DNA of 64,000 bases. It comes from a virus. Taxonomy: Duplodnaviria > Caudoviricetes. The position numbers and the translations under genes were made by a program. Each line of letters begins with the position of its first letter. The stretch's first letter is position 1. The notes beneath the pieces were generated by a model. That model made no database searches. It was not told the DNA's origin and was given only the letters and a program-made list of their open reading frames with translations. Below, piece after piece: positions 30,077 to 38,008 of this stretch. The DNA is taken from positions 356 to 64,355 of IMG/VR virus record IMGVR_UViG_3300028558_000029. One strand, written 5' to 3'.

Positions 30077-31447
30077 ATGATCAAGCGTGTTCTAGGGGCG
30101 TTGGCATTGGTGACGGCGGTAGCGTTCTGGCATAGCGCCAGCGCCGCCGAGGCCGATCTGTACTGCCTGACCAGCAGCACGCCGCCGTTTCAGCCGTGCT
30201 CCGGCACCAACCCCCTCCAGGTCACCGCTTCCGTTAGCGCGACCACGGCCTACACAGCAGCCGCCGCGCTGCCTTCGCTTTCTCCTGGAACGCAGGCCGG
30301 CTATGAGAGCCTGTCCGGCGGACAGTATGTTCAGCCGATCTTTGGCACGACTATCGTCGACCTGACCCATGGCTTGCCGGTCAATATTGTGGCCGGGGCC
30401 GGGGCCGGTGGTACGTCGTCGAACTATGGAGCCGCCTTCCCGACTGCCGGTACCGCCATTGGCTTGACCGATGGTACGAACATGCGAGCATTGACCGGCA
30501 TCAATTATACCGGAACCTCGTATTCTGCTGCGACTTCGGTGGTTCAGGCGCTTCCTGCTGGGACAAACGTCATCGGTCACGTCATTACCGATACCGGGTC
30601 GACGACGGCAGTTACTGGCACCGTGACTGTATCCGGCACCGTCACTGCCAACGCTGGCACGGGAACATTCAGTGTGGCCGGAACCGGTAGCGCCGGAACC
30701 GCCAACGCTGGCGTCGTTACCATACAGGGTATTGCGTCGATGACGCCGGTTCAGGTGTCGCAGGCCACTGCTGCCAACCTGAATGCCACTGTCGTTGGCG
30801 CGGGAACGGCCGGCAGCCCCAGCGGTGGCGTTGTATCTATTCAGGGCGTGGCCTCCGGAACCGTTGTCCCGGTGACAGCGACCAACCTTTCGACCAATCT
30901 CGCACAGGTCAATGGCGCGACGGTCAATGTTGGAACTGGTGCGGCCTCCACCGGTACCCAGCGAGTTACCACGTCGACTGATAGCACCATCGGGACCGTC
31001 ACATCAGTCACCGCAATCGCCAATGCCTTGCCATCTGGCAGCAACGTCATTGGTCATGTGGTAACCGACAGCGGCTCCCTGACCACGCAGACCCCGGCGA
31101 CCAGCGGTGGCCTTTCCGTAGCCCGGACGATCCTGGCGAACAACACCACTTCGGTGGCGGTCAAGGCCAGTGCCGGTCAAGTCTACCATATCGATGCGAC
31201 TAACAATTCGACCAGCGTTAACGCCTATTTCAAGATTTACAACATAGCCCAGGGCTCCAATACCTGCGGATCGAATACCCCGATCATGACGATCATGGTC
31301 CCGTTTGGCAGCGGCTTCGTGCTGGACGACGCCAATGGATTCGCCTTCTCCACAGCAATCTCGGTCTGCGTCACAACCGGGCTGGCGGATGCGGACACGG
31401 GCGCTCCTGCCGCCACGTCCGGCACCTGGAACGTAGGCTATAAGTGA
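30077..31447 (+). CDS. signal-peptide Thr/Gly/Ala-rich structural protein
   Basis: MIKRVLGALALVTAVAFWHSASA; repeated ALP.G.NVIGHV.TD.GS. Confidence 0.7.
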   Translation: MIKRVLGALALVTAVAFWHSASAAEADLYCLTSSTPPFQPCSGTNPLQVTASVSATTAYTAAAALPSLSPGTQAGYESLSGGQYVQPIFGTTIVDLTHGLPVNIVAGAGAGGTSSNYGAAFPTAGTAIGLTDGTNMRALTGINYTGTSYSAATSVVQALPAGTNVIGHVITDTGSTTAVTGTVTVSGTVTANAGTGTFSVAGTGSAGTANAGVVTIQGIASMTPVQVSQATAANLNATVVGAGTAGSPSGGVVSIQGVASGTVVPVTATNLSTNLAQVNGATVNVGTGAASTGTQRVTTSTDSTIGTVTSVTAIANALPSGSNVIGHVVTDSGSLTTQTPATSGGLSVARTILANNTTSVAVKASAGQVYHIDATNNSTSVNAYFKIYNIAQGSNTCGSNTPIMTIMVPFGSGFVLDDANGFAFSTAISVCVTTGLADADTGAPAATSGTWNVGYK

Positions 31448-33159
31448 TGCGGGCGCTCGTCGCGGCTGTTCTGTTTGGGCTGACCCTGACGGCAGGGTTG
31501 CATCAGTCGGCCTATGCGGTTGGCGAGATGATGATGGGGGTTGGGAAGGCGGCGGCTGTTGGTGGCTGCTCGTACACCGGCCCTGTCGACGTGGTGGCTG
31601 GCCCGACGATCCTCTACTCGACCAGGGCCGCGAGCACCGCGACGTGCGGGAACAAGCTGATGAACGTCTGTAACGTCAGCGATGTGGCCTGTGGCGACCT
31701 TTCCAGCAGTGCATCGACCGGCAAGATGGTTATTTCGACCATCGGCGGATCGAACTGCTCCATCGTCACCTGCACGATCAAGACGTGGTATGACCTCTCC
31801 GGGAACGCCAACGACACAACGCAGAGCACCATTGCGAGCCGGGCGACCTTCACGGTCAGTTGCCAGAACTCGCAGCCTTGCGCGACTTGCGCCGGTTCCT
31901 GCATCTATGCGTCGGGCAGCGCGATCTCGACGACCCAGCCGTTCACAATGATCTCCTACGCCGAACGGACGGGGGCGACGACCTCGCTCAACTCCATCGC
32001 CCGTTCGGTCACGACCACTATCATCCTTGAGTTCACGACCTCGGCCAACCAGGCGGGGATCACGGCCGGGACGCTGGCGACGGCGACGGCCTCGGACAAC
32101 GCCTTCCACAGCATCAACGCGGTGGCGAATGGGGCCTCCTCGCTGCTCTCGATCGATGGTGCGACGGCGACGGTATCGGCCAACACCAACGCGATGTCGG
32201 CCAAGGTGTTCTGCGTGGGGACCGGGAACAACGCCTGCACCAGCGCCGCTTCCGGCCTGAACGGGAACCTGACCGAGGTTGGAATCTGGGGCTCGACCGG
32301 CTTCACGACCAGCAACTTGACCTCCATGAACACCAATCAGGCGACGTTCTGGGGGACGACCTTCGCCGGTGCGGGCGATGTTGTCTCGGGTGCCACGGCC
32401 TTCTGGTCAGCGAGCCGGGCCTATGCCGGGGCGACTCGGGGGCTCAAGGTCGCGAACGTCTGCAATGTTGCTGATGCGGCCTGCGCGGATATCAGCAGCG
32501 ATATCTCAAGCGGAGTGGTAGCCGCCCCCACCATCGGGGGCAGCGCATGCTCGGTCGTCACCTGTACGATCAAGGTTATGTACGACCAAACCCTGGGCGG
32601 TTTCGATGCCACCCAGGCGACCATCGCAACGCGGGCCACGCTAACCGTGGCTAGCCTAGGCAGTGCGGCTATCTACGCCTCCGGGAGCGGATCACAGTTT
32701 TACCCCTTGACTGCGGCTACCACCGTCGTGGAGCCATGGACGTTCATATCCTTTAGTAAAAGGAGCGGGAATTTTACAGGCTTTGGAGGTGTTCTATCGG
32801 ACATAAACTCAGGGACGCACCTATACTATAGGTCGATTGTCGATAGCGTTGGCTTCGATGTTAATGGAACGGCGATAACCATTTCCGGAGCAGTTCCAGA
32901 TGCGTCATATCATTCTCTTATCGGCGTATCTGCTTCAGTTGGAAGTAATAGCCTTTTAGTTGTAGATGGCTCGGCCACCACTGGAACCACAGGGACATCA
33001 TCTCTAAGTGGTGGATTTTGTTTGTTTTCGACTTCTAATGGGAGTGTTTGCGGAACGATTGCATCGACTGCAAATATAGGGGAGCTTGCTGTATACCCCA
33101 TTGGGTTCAACTCCACGCAATACGGCAATATGAACACCAACGAGGCGGCATTCTACTGA
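31444..33159 (+). CDS. signal-peptide protein with two tandem AbfB/LamG-like Cys-rich domains
   Basis: Internal duplication NVCNV.D.AC.D.SS...TIGGS.CS.VTCTIK..YD; A-Y-A site. Confidence 0.65.
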   Translation: MMRALVAAVLFGLTLTAGLHQSAYAVGEMMMGVGKAAAVGGCSYTGPVDVVAGPTILYSTRAASTATCGNKLMNVCNVSDVACGDLSSSASTGKMVISTIGGSNCSIVTCTIKTWYDLSGNANDTTQSTIASRATFTVSCQNSQPCATCAGSCIYASGSAISTTQPFTMISYAERTGATTSLNSIARSVTTTIILEFTTSANQAGITAGTLATATASDNAFHSINAVANGASSLLSIDGATATVSANTNAMSAKVFCVGTGNNACTSAASGLNGNLTEVGIWGSTGFTTSNLTSMNTNQATFWGTTFAGAGDVVSGATAFWSASRAYAGATRGLKVANVCNVADAACADISSDISSGVVAAPTIGGSACSVVTCTIKVMYDQTLGGFDATQATIATRATLTVASLGSAAIYASGSGSQFYPLTAATTVVEPWTFISFSKRSGNFTGFGGVLSDINSGTHLYYRSIVDSVGFDVNGTAITISGAVPDASYHSLIGVSASVGSNSLLVVDGSATTGTTGTSSLSGGFCLFSTSNGSVCGTIASTANIGELAVYPIGFNSTQYGNMNTNEAAFY

Positions 33160-33659
33160 TGCGCAAGATCATCCTCTTCTTCCTGCTCGTGGCCTCCCCG
33201 GCCTTCGCCCAGGTCACGACCAACAGCTATCTGCCGCAATCCGATCTCAGCACGGCCGCTGGACGGAGTCAGCTTGAGGCTCAGGCGATGGGGGCGACTC
33301 CGGACGGGAAGGGCAACTATCCGGGGTGGTGGGAATACCGGGCCTATCCATGTACCAAGGGGCCGACCGTGTTCATCACCATAGAGGCCGCGCCGCGCCA
33401 GCTCGCCACCGTGGGCTCCGACGACTTCACCGCCAATCCGCGCGCTCCGGTGATCGCGGCGACGGGGCGCAGCGTGCTCGCGCCTGCGGTCAACGGCCGG
33501 CTGAACATGGTCGCGGAGATGGCCCCGGTGATCGATCAGCAAACGGGGAAGGCCCAGCGCGCAGCGCCGACTGGCCTGAGTGCCGACGAGATCATTGCGC
33601 TGGTGCCCTACGAAACGATGCAGTCAAACGGGTGTTTCCCCGACCCAGGCCAGAACTGA
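33159..33659 (+). CDS. signal-peptide hypothetical protein
   Basis: MRKIILFFLLVASPAFA-Q. Confidence 0.7.
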   Translation: MRKIILFFLLVASPAFAQVTTNSYLPQSDLSTAAGRSQLEAQAMGATPDGKGNYPGWWEYRAYPCTKGPTVFITIEAAPRQLATVGSDDFTANPRAPVIAATGRSVLAPAVNGRLNMVAEMAPVIDQQTGKAQRAAPTGLSADEIIALVPYETMQSNGCFPDPGQN

Positions 33660-33723
33660 CATTGACAAATCAGTGTGACCATCAGCAACCTGCGACAGGC
33701 TCGTAACCCGTCAAGGAACGATC

Positions 33724-34023
33724 ATGATGACACGAATTGCCGCGATTGCGTTTGGTGGAGTAGCGATGGCTCTCTCCCTGTTTGCTCCGGCCATGGCTGC
33801 CGACGCACCACCGGCCCCGCCTGAAAAGCCAGCGCTGGCGGAGCCAGCCAAGCCAGCCAATTACACCATCACCCTGACCATGGACCAGCTCGTCGCCCTG
33901 GACTCGATCCTGAACGAGTCCAATTCGCCGTACCGTCTGGTTGCCGCCCTGCGGCAGTCCATCATCACCCAGTATCAGGCACAGCTCTCAAAGGCCGACC
34001 CGGCCAAGGCAGAAGGAAAATAA
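33724..34023 (+). CDS. signal-peptide small protein
   Basis: MMTRIAAIAFGGVAMALSLFAPAMA-AD. Confidence 0.7.
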   Translation: MMTRIAAIAFGGVAMALSLFAPAMAADAPPAPPEKPALAEPAKPANYTITLTMDQLVALDSILNESNSPYRLVAALRQSIITQYQAQLSKADPAKAEGK

Positions 34024-34026
34024 GCA

Positions 34027-34284
34027 ATGGCCGGCGACTCAAGCGATTCTGGAGCCTATGAGCGCCGGTCTGACGATGGCTGGATGGGAAAGCGGTTCGA
34101 CCGCATGCTCAACATCATCCAGGTGTCGGCGATCATCATTGGTGGGGTCTACGCCCTCGCCCAGATGAGGGAGCAGGTTTCCGGGCTGCGATCCGACCTG
34201 ACCGGGTTCGAGGATCGCATGGACAAAACGGTCACGGATATGGGCAGGCGTATCGACTCCATTCTTCTTTCTGGCAAGAAATGA
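34027..34284 (+). CDS. single-TM coiled-coil lysis-module protein (holin/antiholin candidate)
   Basis: One TM plus coiled coil, coupled to endolysin. Confidence 0.55.
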   Translation: MAGDSSDSGAYERRSDDGWMGKRFDRMLNIIQVSAIIIGGVYALAQMREQVSGLRSDLTGFEDRMDKTVTDMGRRIDSILLSGKK

Positions 34285-34727
34285 CCATCCGTATAAACGA
34301 TGCCGGCATGGCGATTCTGAAGAAGCATGAGAAGTGCTCTTTGGTCTCCTATTGGGACATCGATGGCTGGTCGATCGGCTGGGGTTGTCATAACCACCCC
34401 CTGGTCGATGCGCTTACGCGGTGGAGCCAAGAACAGTGCGACCAGCAGCTGATCGAGGATATCGAAGCCGTCGAGTCTGAACTGGACCATCTGCTGACCA
34501 TTATCGTCACGTCCAATGAGTGGTCCGCCCTGGTCGACTTTCTGTACAATGAGGGATATAGCCACCTGAGTGGTTCGACCCTGCTCAAGCTGGTCAATGC
34601 CGGAGACTTCAAAGGGGCGGCCGACGAGTTTCCGAAGTGGCGCGTGGCGGGCGGCAAGCCAAACGCCGATCTGGAGGCGAGGCGCGCTGACGAACGAGCA
34701 CTATTTTTGACTCCAGATCAAGCATAA
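34281..34727 (+). CDS. endolysin, GH24 lysozyme
   Basis: HEKC....YWD....SIGWG, ALVDFLYNEG, STLLK.VNAG, L..RR..ER.LF. Confidence 0.92.
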   Translation: MTIRINDAGMAILKKHEKCSLVSYWDIDGWSIGWGCHNHPLVDALTRWSQEQCDQQLIEDIEAVESELDHLLTIIVTSNEWSALVDFLYNEGYSHLSGSTLLKLVNAGDFKGAADEFPKWRVAGGKPNADLEARRADERALFLTPDQA

Positions 34728-34733
34728 ACAGCA

Positions 34734-34747
34734 TTTCATATATGCAC
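34734..34747. promoter_or_regulatory. operator copy (TTTCATATATGCAC)
   Basis: Matches GTGCA-N4-TGCAC family; intergenic. Confidence 0.5.
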
Positions 34748-34769
34748 TGATTGTGGCAGAATAACGGTT

Positions 34770-34839
34770 GCGCCGGGGGCACTGCGTTCCTCCCCCGCTT
34801 CGCAGCCGGCCCCTCCCCCCATAGGCCAGCCCTCGGCGC
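34770..34839 (+). ncRNA. predicted three-way-junction RNA with two CCUCCCC loops
   Basis: 10-bp closing stem and two internal hairpins seen by eye. Confidence 0.4.
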
Positions 34840-34852
34840 TCGGAGTTTTCTA

Positions 34853-35104
34853 GTGACCGACATTGCGCCGAAGAGCACAGCGACATCGATGGGGACCGCC
34901 ACTGGCGGTGCTCTGATGATCTACGTTTTCAAGTGCTGGACGGCCCATCAGATTATCGTTCCAGACGAAACCGTAGCGATCATCCTGGCCGGAACGATCG
35001 CGCCGATTGTCGAGATGCTCGGCCGCATCGTGGTTGCACTGATCGAGAAGTTCACCGGGGCCGATATCAACCAGAATGGCGTTGTGGGAAACGGCGCACA
35101 TTGA
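34853..35104 (+). CDS. putative holin (2 TM)
   Basis: GGAG SD + GTG; two hydrophobic segments after endolysin. Confidence 0.55.
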   Translation: MTDIAPKSTATSMGTATGGALMIYVFKCWTAHQIIVPDETVAIILAGTIAPIVEMLGRIVVALIEKFTGADINQNGVVGNGAH

Positions 35105-35115
35105 GGAGTCTGATC

Positions 35116-35457
35116 ATGAATTTGCTTAGCTGGGTACGCTCGCTTGGTGCGGGCTGGTTCGTCGAGTGGCGCGATGCGGTCGAGAACAAGGCCAAGGCCG
35201 CTTTTCAGGCCATCCTGAACAGCATCGAAGAGGATGCGCAGCCGGTGGCAATCGCTGGCTTCGACGCGGCGAAGACCGCCGTACTGGCCAAGCTGGCGAG
35301 CGGTGGCTCGGTCCAGGACGCCGAAGGCGCGGCTATCGATGCGCTGAAGGCGACTCTGGCGGCGAATGGCAAGACCCTGGCCGAGGATGCGTTCACCCAC
35401 ATCGTGGCTGCCGTCATGGCGAGCGCCACGGCCAGCCAGACCACGGCGACGGCGTGA
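35116..35457 (+). CDS. hypothetical Ala-rich protein
   Basis: GAGGAG SD. Confidence 0.7.
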   Translation: MNLLSWVRSLGAGWFVEWRDAVENKAKAAFQAILNSIEEDAQPVAIAGFDAAKTAVLAKLASGGSVQDAEGAAIDALKATLAANGKTLAEDAFTHIVAAVMASATASQTTATA

Positions 35458-35702
35458 TGGCGAACGTCTTCGACGGCAAGCCAGACGAGAGGCAGTCTGA
35501 CAAGTCAATTCAGGTATCGCGTTTCCGTCCGATGTATCGCGCCCTAAGCGATGAGGAGAAGGCGCTGCACGACGCCATCAAAGCCAAGGCTGTCGAACTG
35601 GAAACGCTTTTCGATACGGTGAAGGCCGGGCGCTATCGCTCTCTCGCCTATACCGAGCTGGAGCTAGCGGTCATGTGGATCATCAAGGAGCTGACTTCGT
35701 GA
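35457..35702 (+). CDS. Acb2/Tad1-like nucleotide-signal sponge protein
   Basis: YRALSDEEKAL...IK....L.......GRYRSLA.T.LE.A.MW. Confidence 0.7.
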   Translation: MANVFDGKPDERQSDKSIQVSRFRPMYRALSDEEKALHDAIKAKAVELETLFDTVKAGRYRSLAYTELELAVMWIIKELTS

Positions 35703-35977
35703 GCCTCCTCTCAGAAATCGGCTTGGAGGGTGGCGAGCTGATTCTGAAGGCGCTCGCCACCATTCCCAATCCGTTCATTGCCGAAGCGCGCATCGCCGAG
35801 GCTGTGCTTCCTCACGTCCAGGAGGCCATCGATCTCGGCAAGAAGCTGTGGAACGATGTGGCCGGAGCTGTCAAGAACGACATTCCTCTGACGGCCGAAC
35901 AGGTCGATACGGCACAGAAGGCTCAGGACGCCTACTACATCGCTATGGCGATCCAGGCCACTCCGCCATCAGACTGA
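35699..35977 (+). CDS. hypothetical protein
   Basis: AAGGAG SD, GTGA coupling. Confidence 0.65.
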   Translation: MSLLSEIGLEGGELILKALATIPNPFIAEARIAEAVLPHVQEAIDLGKKLWNDVAGAVKNDIPLTAEQVDTAQKAQDAYYIAMAIQATPPSD

Positions 35978-35981
35978 TCGT

Positions 35982-36374
35982 TTAAACTAACTTAGATTTC
36001 TTCATCGGAACATTCCACCACCCAAGCTGCGCGGCCACATCGTCAACCGATCTGGCTATCGCAACGTGGTGGTGGAGTTCCATGAGCTGAGCGGTCATCA
36101 GAAGCTGCGATTCCGACAGCCTTCCCTTGGCCGACTTCAGTTCGATCCACCCGACGATAGGTTGCTTGGTGTCGGGATCGCTCCACATCAGGCACAGGTC
36201 CGGCATCCCAGCCCTCACCCCCATGCCTTTGAGTCGCTTGGCGGTTATCAGTGAGCGCTGCTCGCCGTTGGGGATATGGAACCACAGGACCGATTTGTGG
36301 AGCACCGCCGACAGGTAGCGCGCGACGGCGGAGTGGATGGCGGCCTCGCTCGGCCCCTTGCGTATCTGCACCAT
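35982..36374 (-). CDS. VRR-NUC domain nuclease
   Basis: SEAAIH...FHIPNG...GVRAGMPDL...WIELKS.KGRLSESQ. Confidence 0.9.
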   Translation of the reverse strand: MVQIRKGPSEAAIHSAVARYLSAVLHKSVLWFHIPNGEQRSLITAKRLKGMGVRAGMPDLCLMWSDPDTKQPIVGWIELKSAKGRLSESQLLMTAQLMELHHHVAIARSVDDVAAQLGWWNVPMKKSKLV

Positions 36375-36386
36375 GCAGTGTATATA
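36358..36386 (+). promoter_or_regulatory. sigma70-like promoter TTGCGT-17-TATATA with overlapping operator; predicts leaderless HTH mRNA
   Basis: -10 ends 6 nt before ATG 36393; operator TTGCGTATCTGCAC at 36358-36371. Confidence 0.55.
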
Positions 36387-36392
36387 GCGCAC

Positions 36393-36623
36393 ATGCTGAT
36401 CATTGACTACCTGATCGAAAACAAAATGTCGGCCGGTGGGCTGGTCAACTTGATAGAGGAGAGGACCGGCTACAAAGTCAGCCGGACAACCCTTACCCGG
36501 ATCATGCGTGGCGACGTTCGCGACCCGAGCGTCAATCTGGCAATCGCCATAGAGCAGGCCACGGATGGCGATGTAAGGGTGTGGGAGGTGGCTCCCCCAA
36601 ATATCGATGCACTTTCGCATTGA
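36393..36623 (+). CDS. XRE/Cro-like HTH regulator
   Basis: VSRTTLTRIMRG..RDPS..LA.AIE.AT.G.V. Confidence 0.85.
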   Translation: MLIIDYLIENKMSAGGLVNLIEERTGYKVSRTTLTRIMRGDVRDPSVNLAIAIEQATDGDVRVWEVAPPNIDALSH

Positions 36624-36648
36624 CAGGTTCGGTTGATCGGCGTATAAG
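36620..36648 (+). promoter_or_regulatory. sigma70 promoter of tRNA array TTGACA-17-TATAAG
   Basis: Near-consensus boxes 17 nt upstream of first tRNA. Confidence 0.8.
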
Positions 36649-36665
36649 CCGCCCTCACGAATTGA

Positions 36666-36741
36666 CGCGGATTGGAGCAGTGGCCAGCTCGCCAGCCTCA
36701 TAAGCTGGAGGTCGGTAGTTCGAATCTATCATCCGCCTCCA
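36666..36741 (+). tRNA. tRNA-Met(CAT), initiator-like
   Basis: C1 mismatch, fMet-like D arm, CCAGC-CTCATAA-GCTGG, CCA. Confidence 0.9.
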
Positions 36742-36757
36742 ATTCGATTGACAGTGA

Positions 36758-36831
36758 CGCGGGATCGTATAACGGTAGTATGACTGGCTCTGATCCAGTA
36801 GGCAGCGGATCAACACCGCTTCCCGTATCCA
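36758..36831 (+). tRNA. tRNA-Gln(CTG)
   Basis: ACTGG-CTCTGAT-CCAGT; atypical T-loop ATCAACA. Confidence 0.85.
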
Positions 36832-36835
36832 AAAT

Positions 36836-36960
36836 TTCCGGACCGAGAGGTGCGGAGACGGTGTGACAGCAGTGGCTCCGGCTAGACCGGTGGGGATCGC
36901 AAGGTCCGTCCCAGCGCACCAAAAAGAACGCTAGACGGCGGCGTAACAATGGCCTTCTTC
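36836..36960 (+). ncRNA. unidentified structured RNA inside tRNA array
   Basis: GAGA and GCAA tetraloop hairpins, CCGG-CTAGA-CCGG hairpin, GGTGTG/CGCACC closing stem. Confidence 0.4.
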
Positions 36961-36973
36961 AATTTTTGAATAT

Positions 36974-37057
36974 GGGTTGGTTTGCGGTGGTCCGCAGCCG
37001 TGTCTGTAAAACACGCGCCTATGGCAATGAGGGTTCGATTCCTCTCCCGACCCACCA
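36974..37057 (+). tRNA. tRNA-Tyr(GTA)
   Basis: CGTGT-CTGTAAA-ACACG, variable arm, CCA. Confidence 0.88.
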
Positions 37058-37063
37058 TTCAAT

Positions 37064-37137
37064 GCGGGGCTGGTATAGTGGCTGTGCCCTAGCCTTCCAA
37101 GCTAGAAACAGGGGTTCGATCCCCCTGCCCCGCTCCA
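37064..37137 (+). tRNA. tRNA-Gly(TCC)
   Basis: CTAGC-CTTCCAA-GCTAG, U73, CCA. Confidence 0.93.
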
Positions 37138-37140
37138 ATC

Positions 37141-37214
37141 GCGACCGTAATTCAATGGCAGAACGAGACGTTGCCAACGTCGGTACAGCGGTTCGATTCC
37201 GCTCGGTCGCTCCA
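37141..37214 (+). tRNA. tRNA-Gly(GCC)
   Basis: GACG-TTGCCAA-CGTC, U73, CCA. Confidence 0.93.
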
Positions 37215-37215
37215 T

Positions 37216-37276
37216 GGGGTTTCCTCTAGGGCCGTGAGGAATTATAGCGGCGCGATCTCCAGCCGCTTCCCCGCCA
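37216..37276 (+). ncRNA. 61-nt mini tRNA-like RNA ending GCCA
   Basis: GGGG/CCCC acceptor-like stem plus two 6-bp hairpins. Confidence 0.5.
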
Positions 37277-37282
37277 TTTCAT

Positions 37283-37361
37283 CAGCGTGTAGCTCAGTCT
37301 GGCCTAGAGTACCTGTCTCGGACACAGGGGGTCGGTGGTTCGAATCCACTCACGCTGACCA
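37283..37361 (+). tRNA. tRNA-Pro(CGG)
   Basis: CCTGT-CTCGGAC-ACAGG, C1-G72, CCA. Confidence 0.92.
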
Positions 37362-37367
37362 TTTCAT

Positions 37368-37444
37368 GCGCCCGTAGTCCAACTGGATAGGGCACCTGCC
37401 TACGAAGCAGGAGTGTGGGGGTTCGAATCCCTCCGGGCGCACCA
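37368..37444 (+). tRNA. tRNA-Arg(ACG)
   Basis: CCTGC-CTACGAA-GCAGG. Confidence 0.95.
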
Positions 37445-37447
37445 TTT

Positions 37448-37524
37448 CGACTCGTCGCCCAAATGGATAGGGCACCGCCCTCCGAAGGCGGAGGCTGGGA
37501 GTTCGACTCTCCCCGAGTCGGCCA
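37448..37524 (+). tRNA. tRNA-Arg(CCG)
   Basis: CCGCC-CTCCGAA-GGCGG. Confidence 0.93.
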
Positions 37525-37526
37525 AT

Positions 37527-37601
37527 GGGGCTGTGCTGATTGGATCAGCGCCGGGTTTCCTAAACCTGGACCAGTGGGTTCGAATCCCTCCGGCCTCGCC
37601 A
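37527..37601 (+). tRNA. tRNA-Arg(CCT)
   Basis: CGGGT-TTCCTAA-ACCTG. Confidence 0.88.
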
Positions 37602-37607
37602 CTCAAT

Positions 37608-37682
37608 GGTCTGCGAAGCATCTGGCGAGGCTGTCCCGCTGTCTACGGGACGAGACGGGTCCGATTCCCGTGCAGACCGCCA
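37608..37682 (+). tRNA. tRNA-Asp(GTC)
   Basis: TCCCG-CTGTCTA-CGGGA, G73. Confidence 0.88.
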
Positions 37683-37688
37683 TTCAAT

Positions 37689-37763
37689 GCCCGTGTGGTG
37701 CAAGGTAGACACGCTGCGTCTCAAAAACGCGCTCGCTCGGATCGTTACCGGGCACGGGCACCA
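37689..37763 (+). tRNA. tRNA-Leu(CAA), no long variable arm
   Basis: TGCGT-CTCAAAA-ACGCG, GGTAGAC D loop, A73. Confidence 0.82.
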
Positions 37764-37766
37764 ATT

Positions 37767-37841
37767 CTTCGGATGATGCAACGGTAGACATACACTGGGT
37801 CAGGCCAAGTCGTGTCGGTTCGACTCCGACTCCGAAGACCA
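37767..37841 (+). tRNA. tRNA-Leu(CAG), atypical anticodon arm, no long variable arm
   Basis: ACTGG-GTCAGGC-CAAGT with G.A mismatch; perfect acceptor and T arms. Confidence 0.7.
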
Positions 37842-37847
37842 ATTCAA

Positions 37848-37922
37848 CCGGGCGTGGGTCAGTGGCTGACCGCTAGTTTTGGGAACTAGTCCAGGCAAGT
37901 TCGATTCTTGCCGTCCGGACCA
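37848..37922 (+). tRNA. tRNA-Pro(TGG)
   Basis: CTAGT-TTTGGGA-ACTAG. Confidence 0.92.
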
Positions 37923-37929
37923 TTTAAAC

Positions 37930-38002
37930 GGGGAGCCCGCAGGGGCGGCGCTGTGTTTTGCAAACACGGACGGGGTCGGATCGTTACCGACGCTCTCCAC
38001 CA
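37930..38002 (+). tRNA. tRNA-Ala(TGC)
   Basis: G3.U70, TGTGT-TTTGCAA-ACACG. Confidence 0.87.
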
Positions 38003-38008
38003 ATTCAT

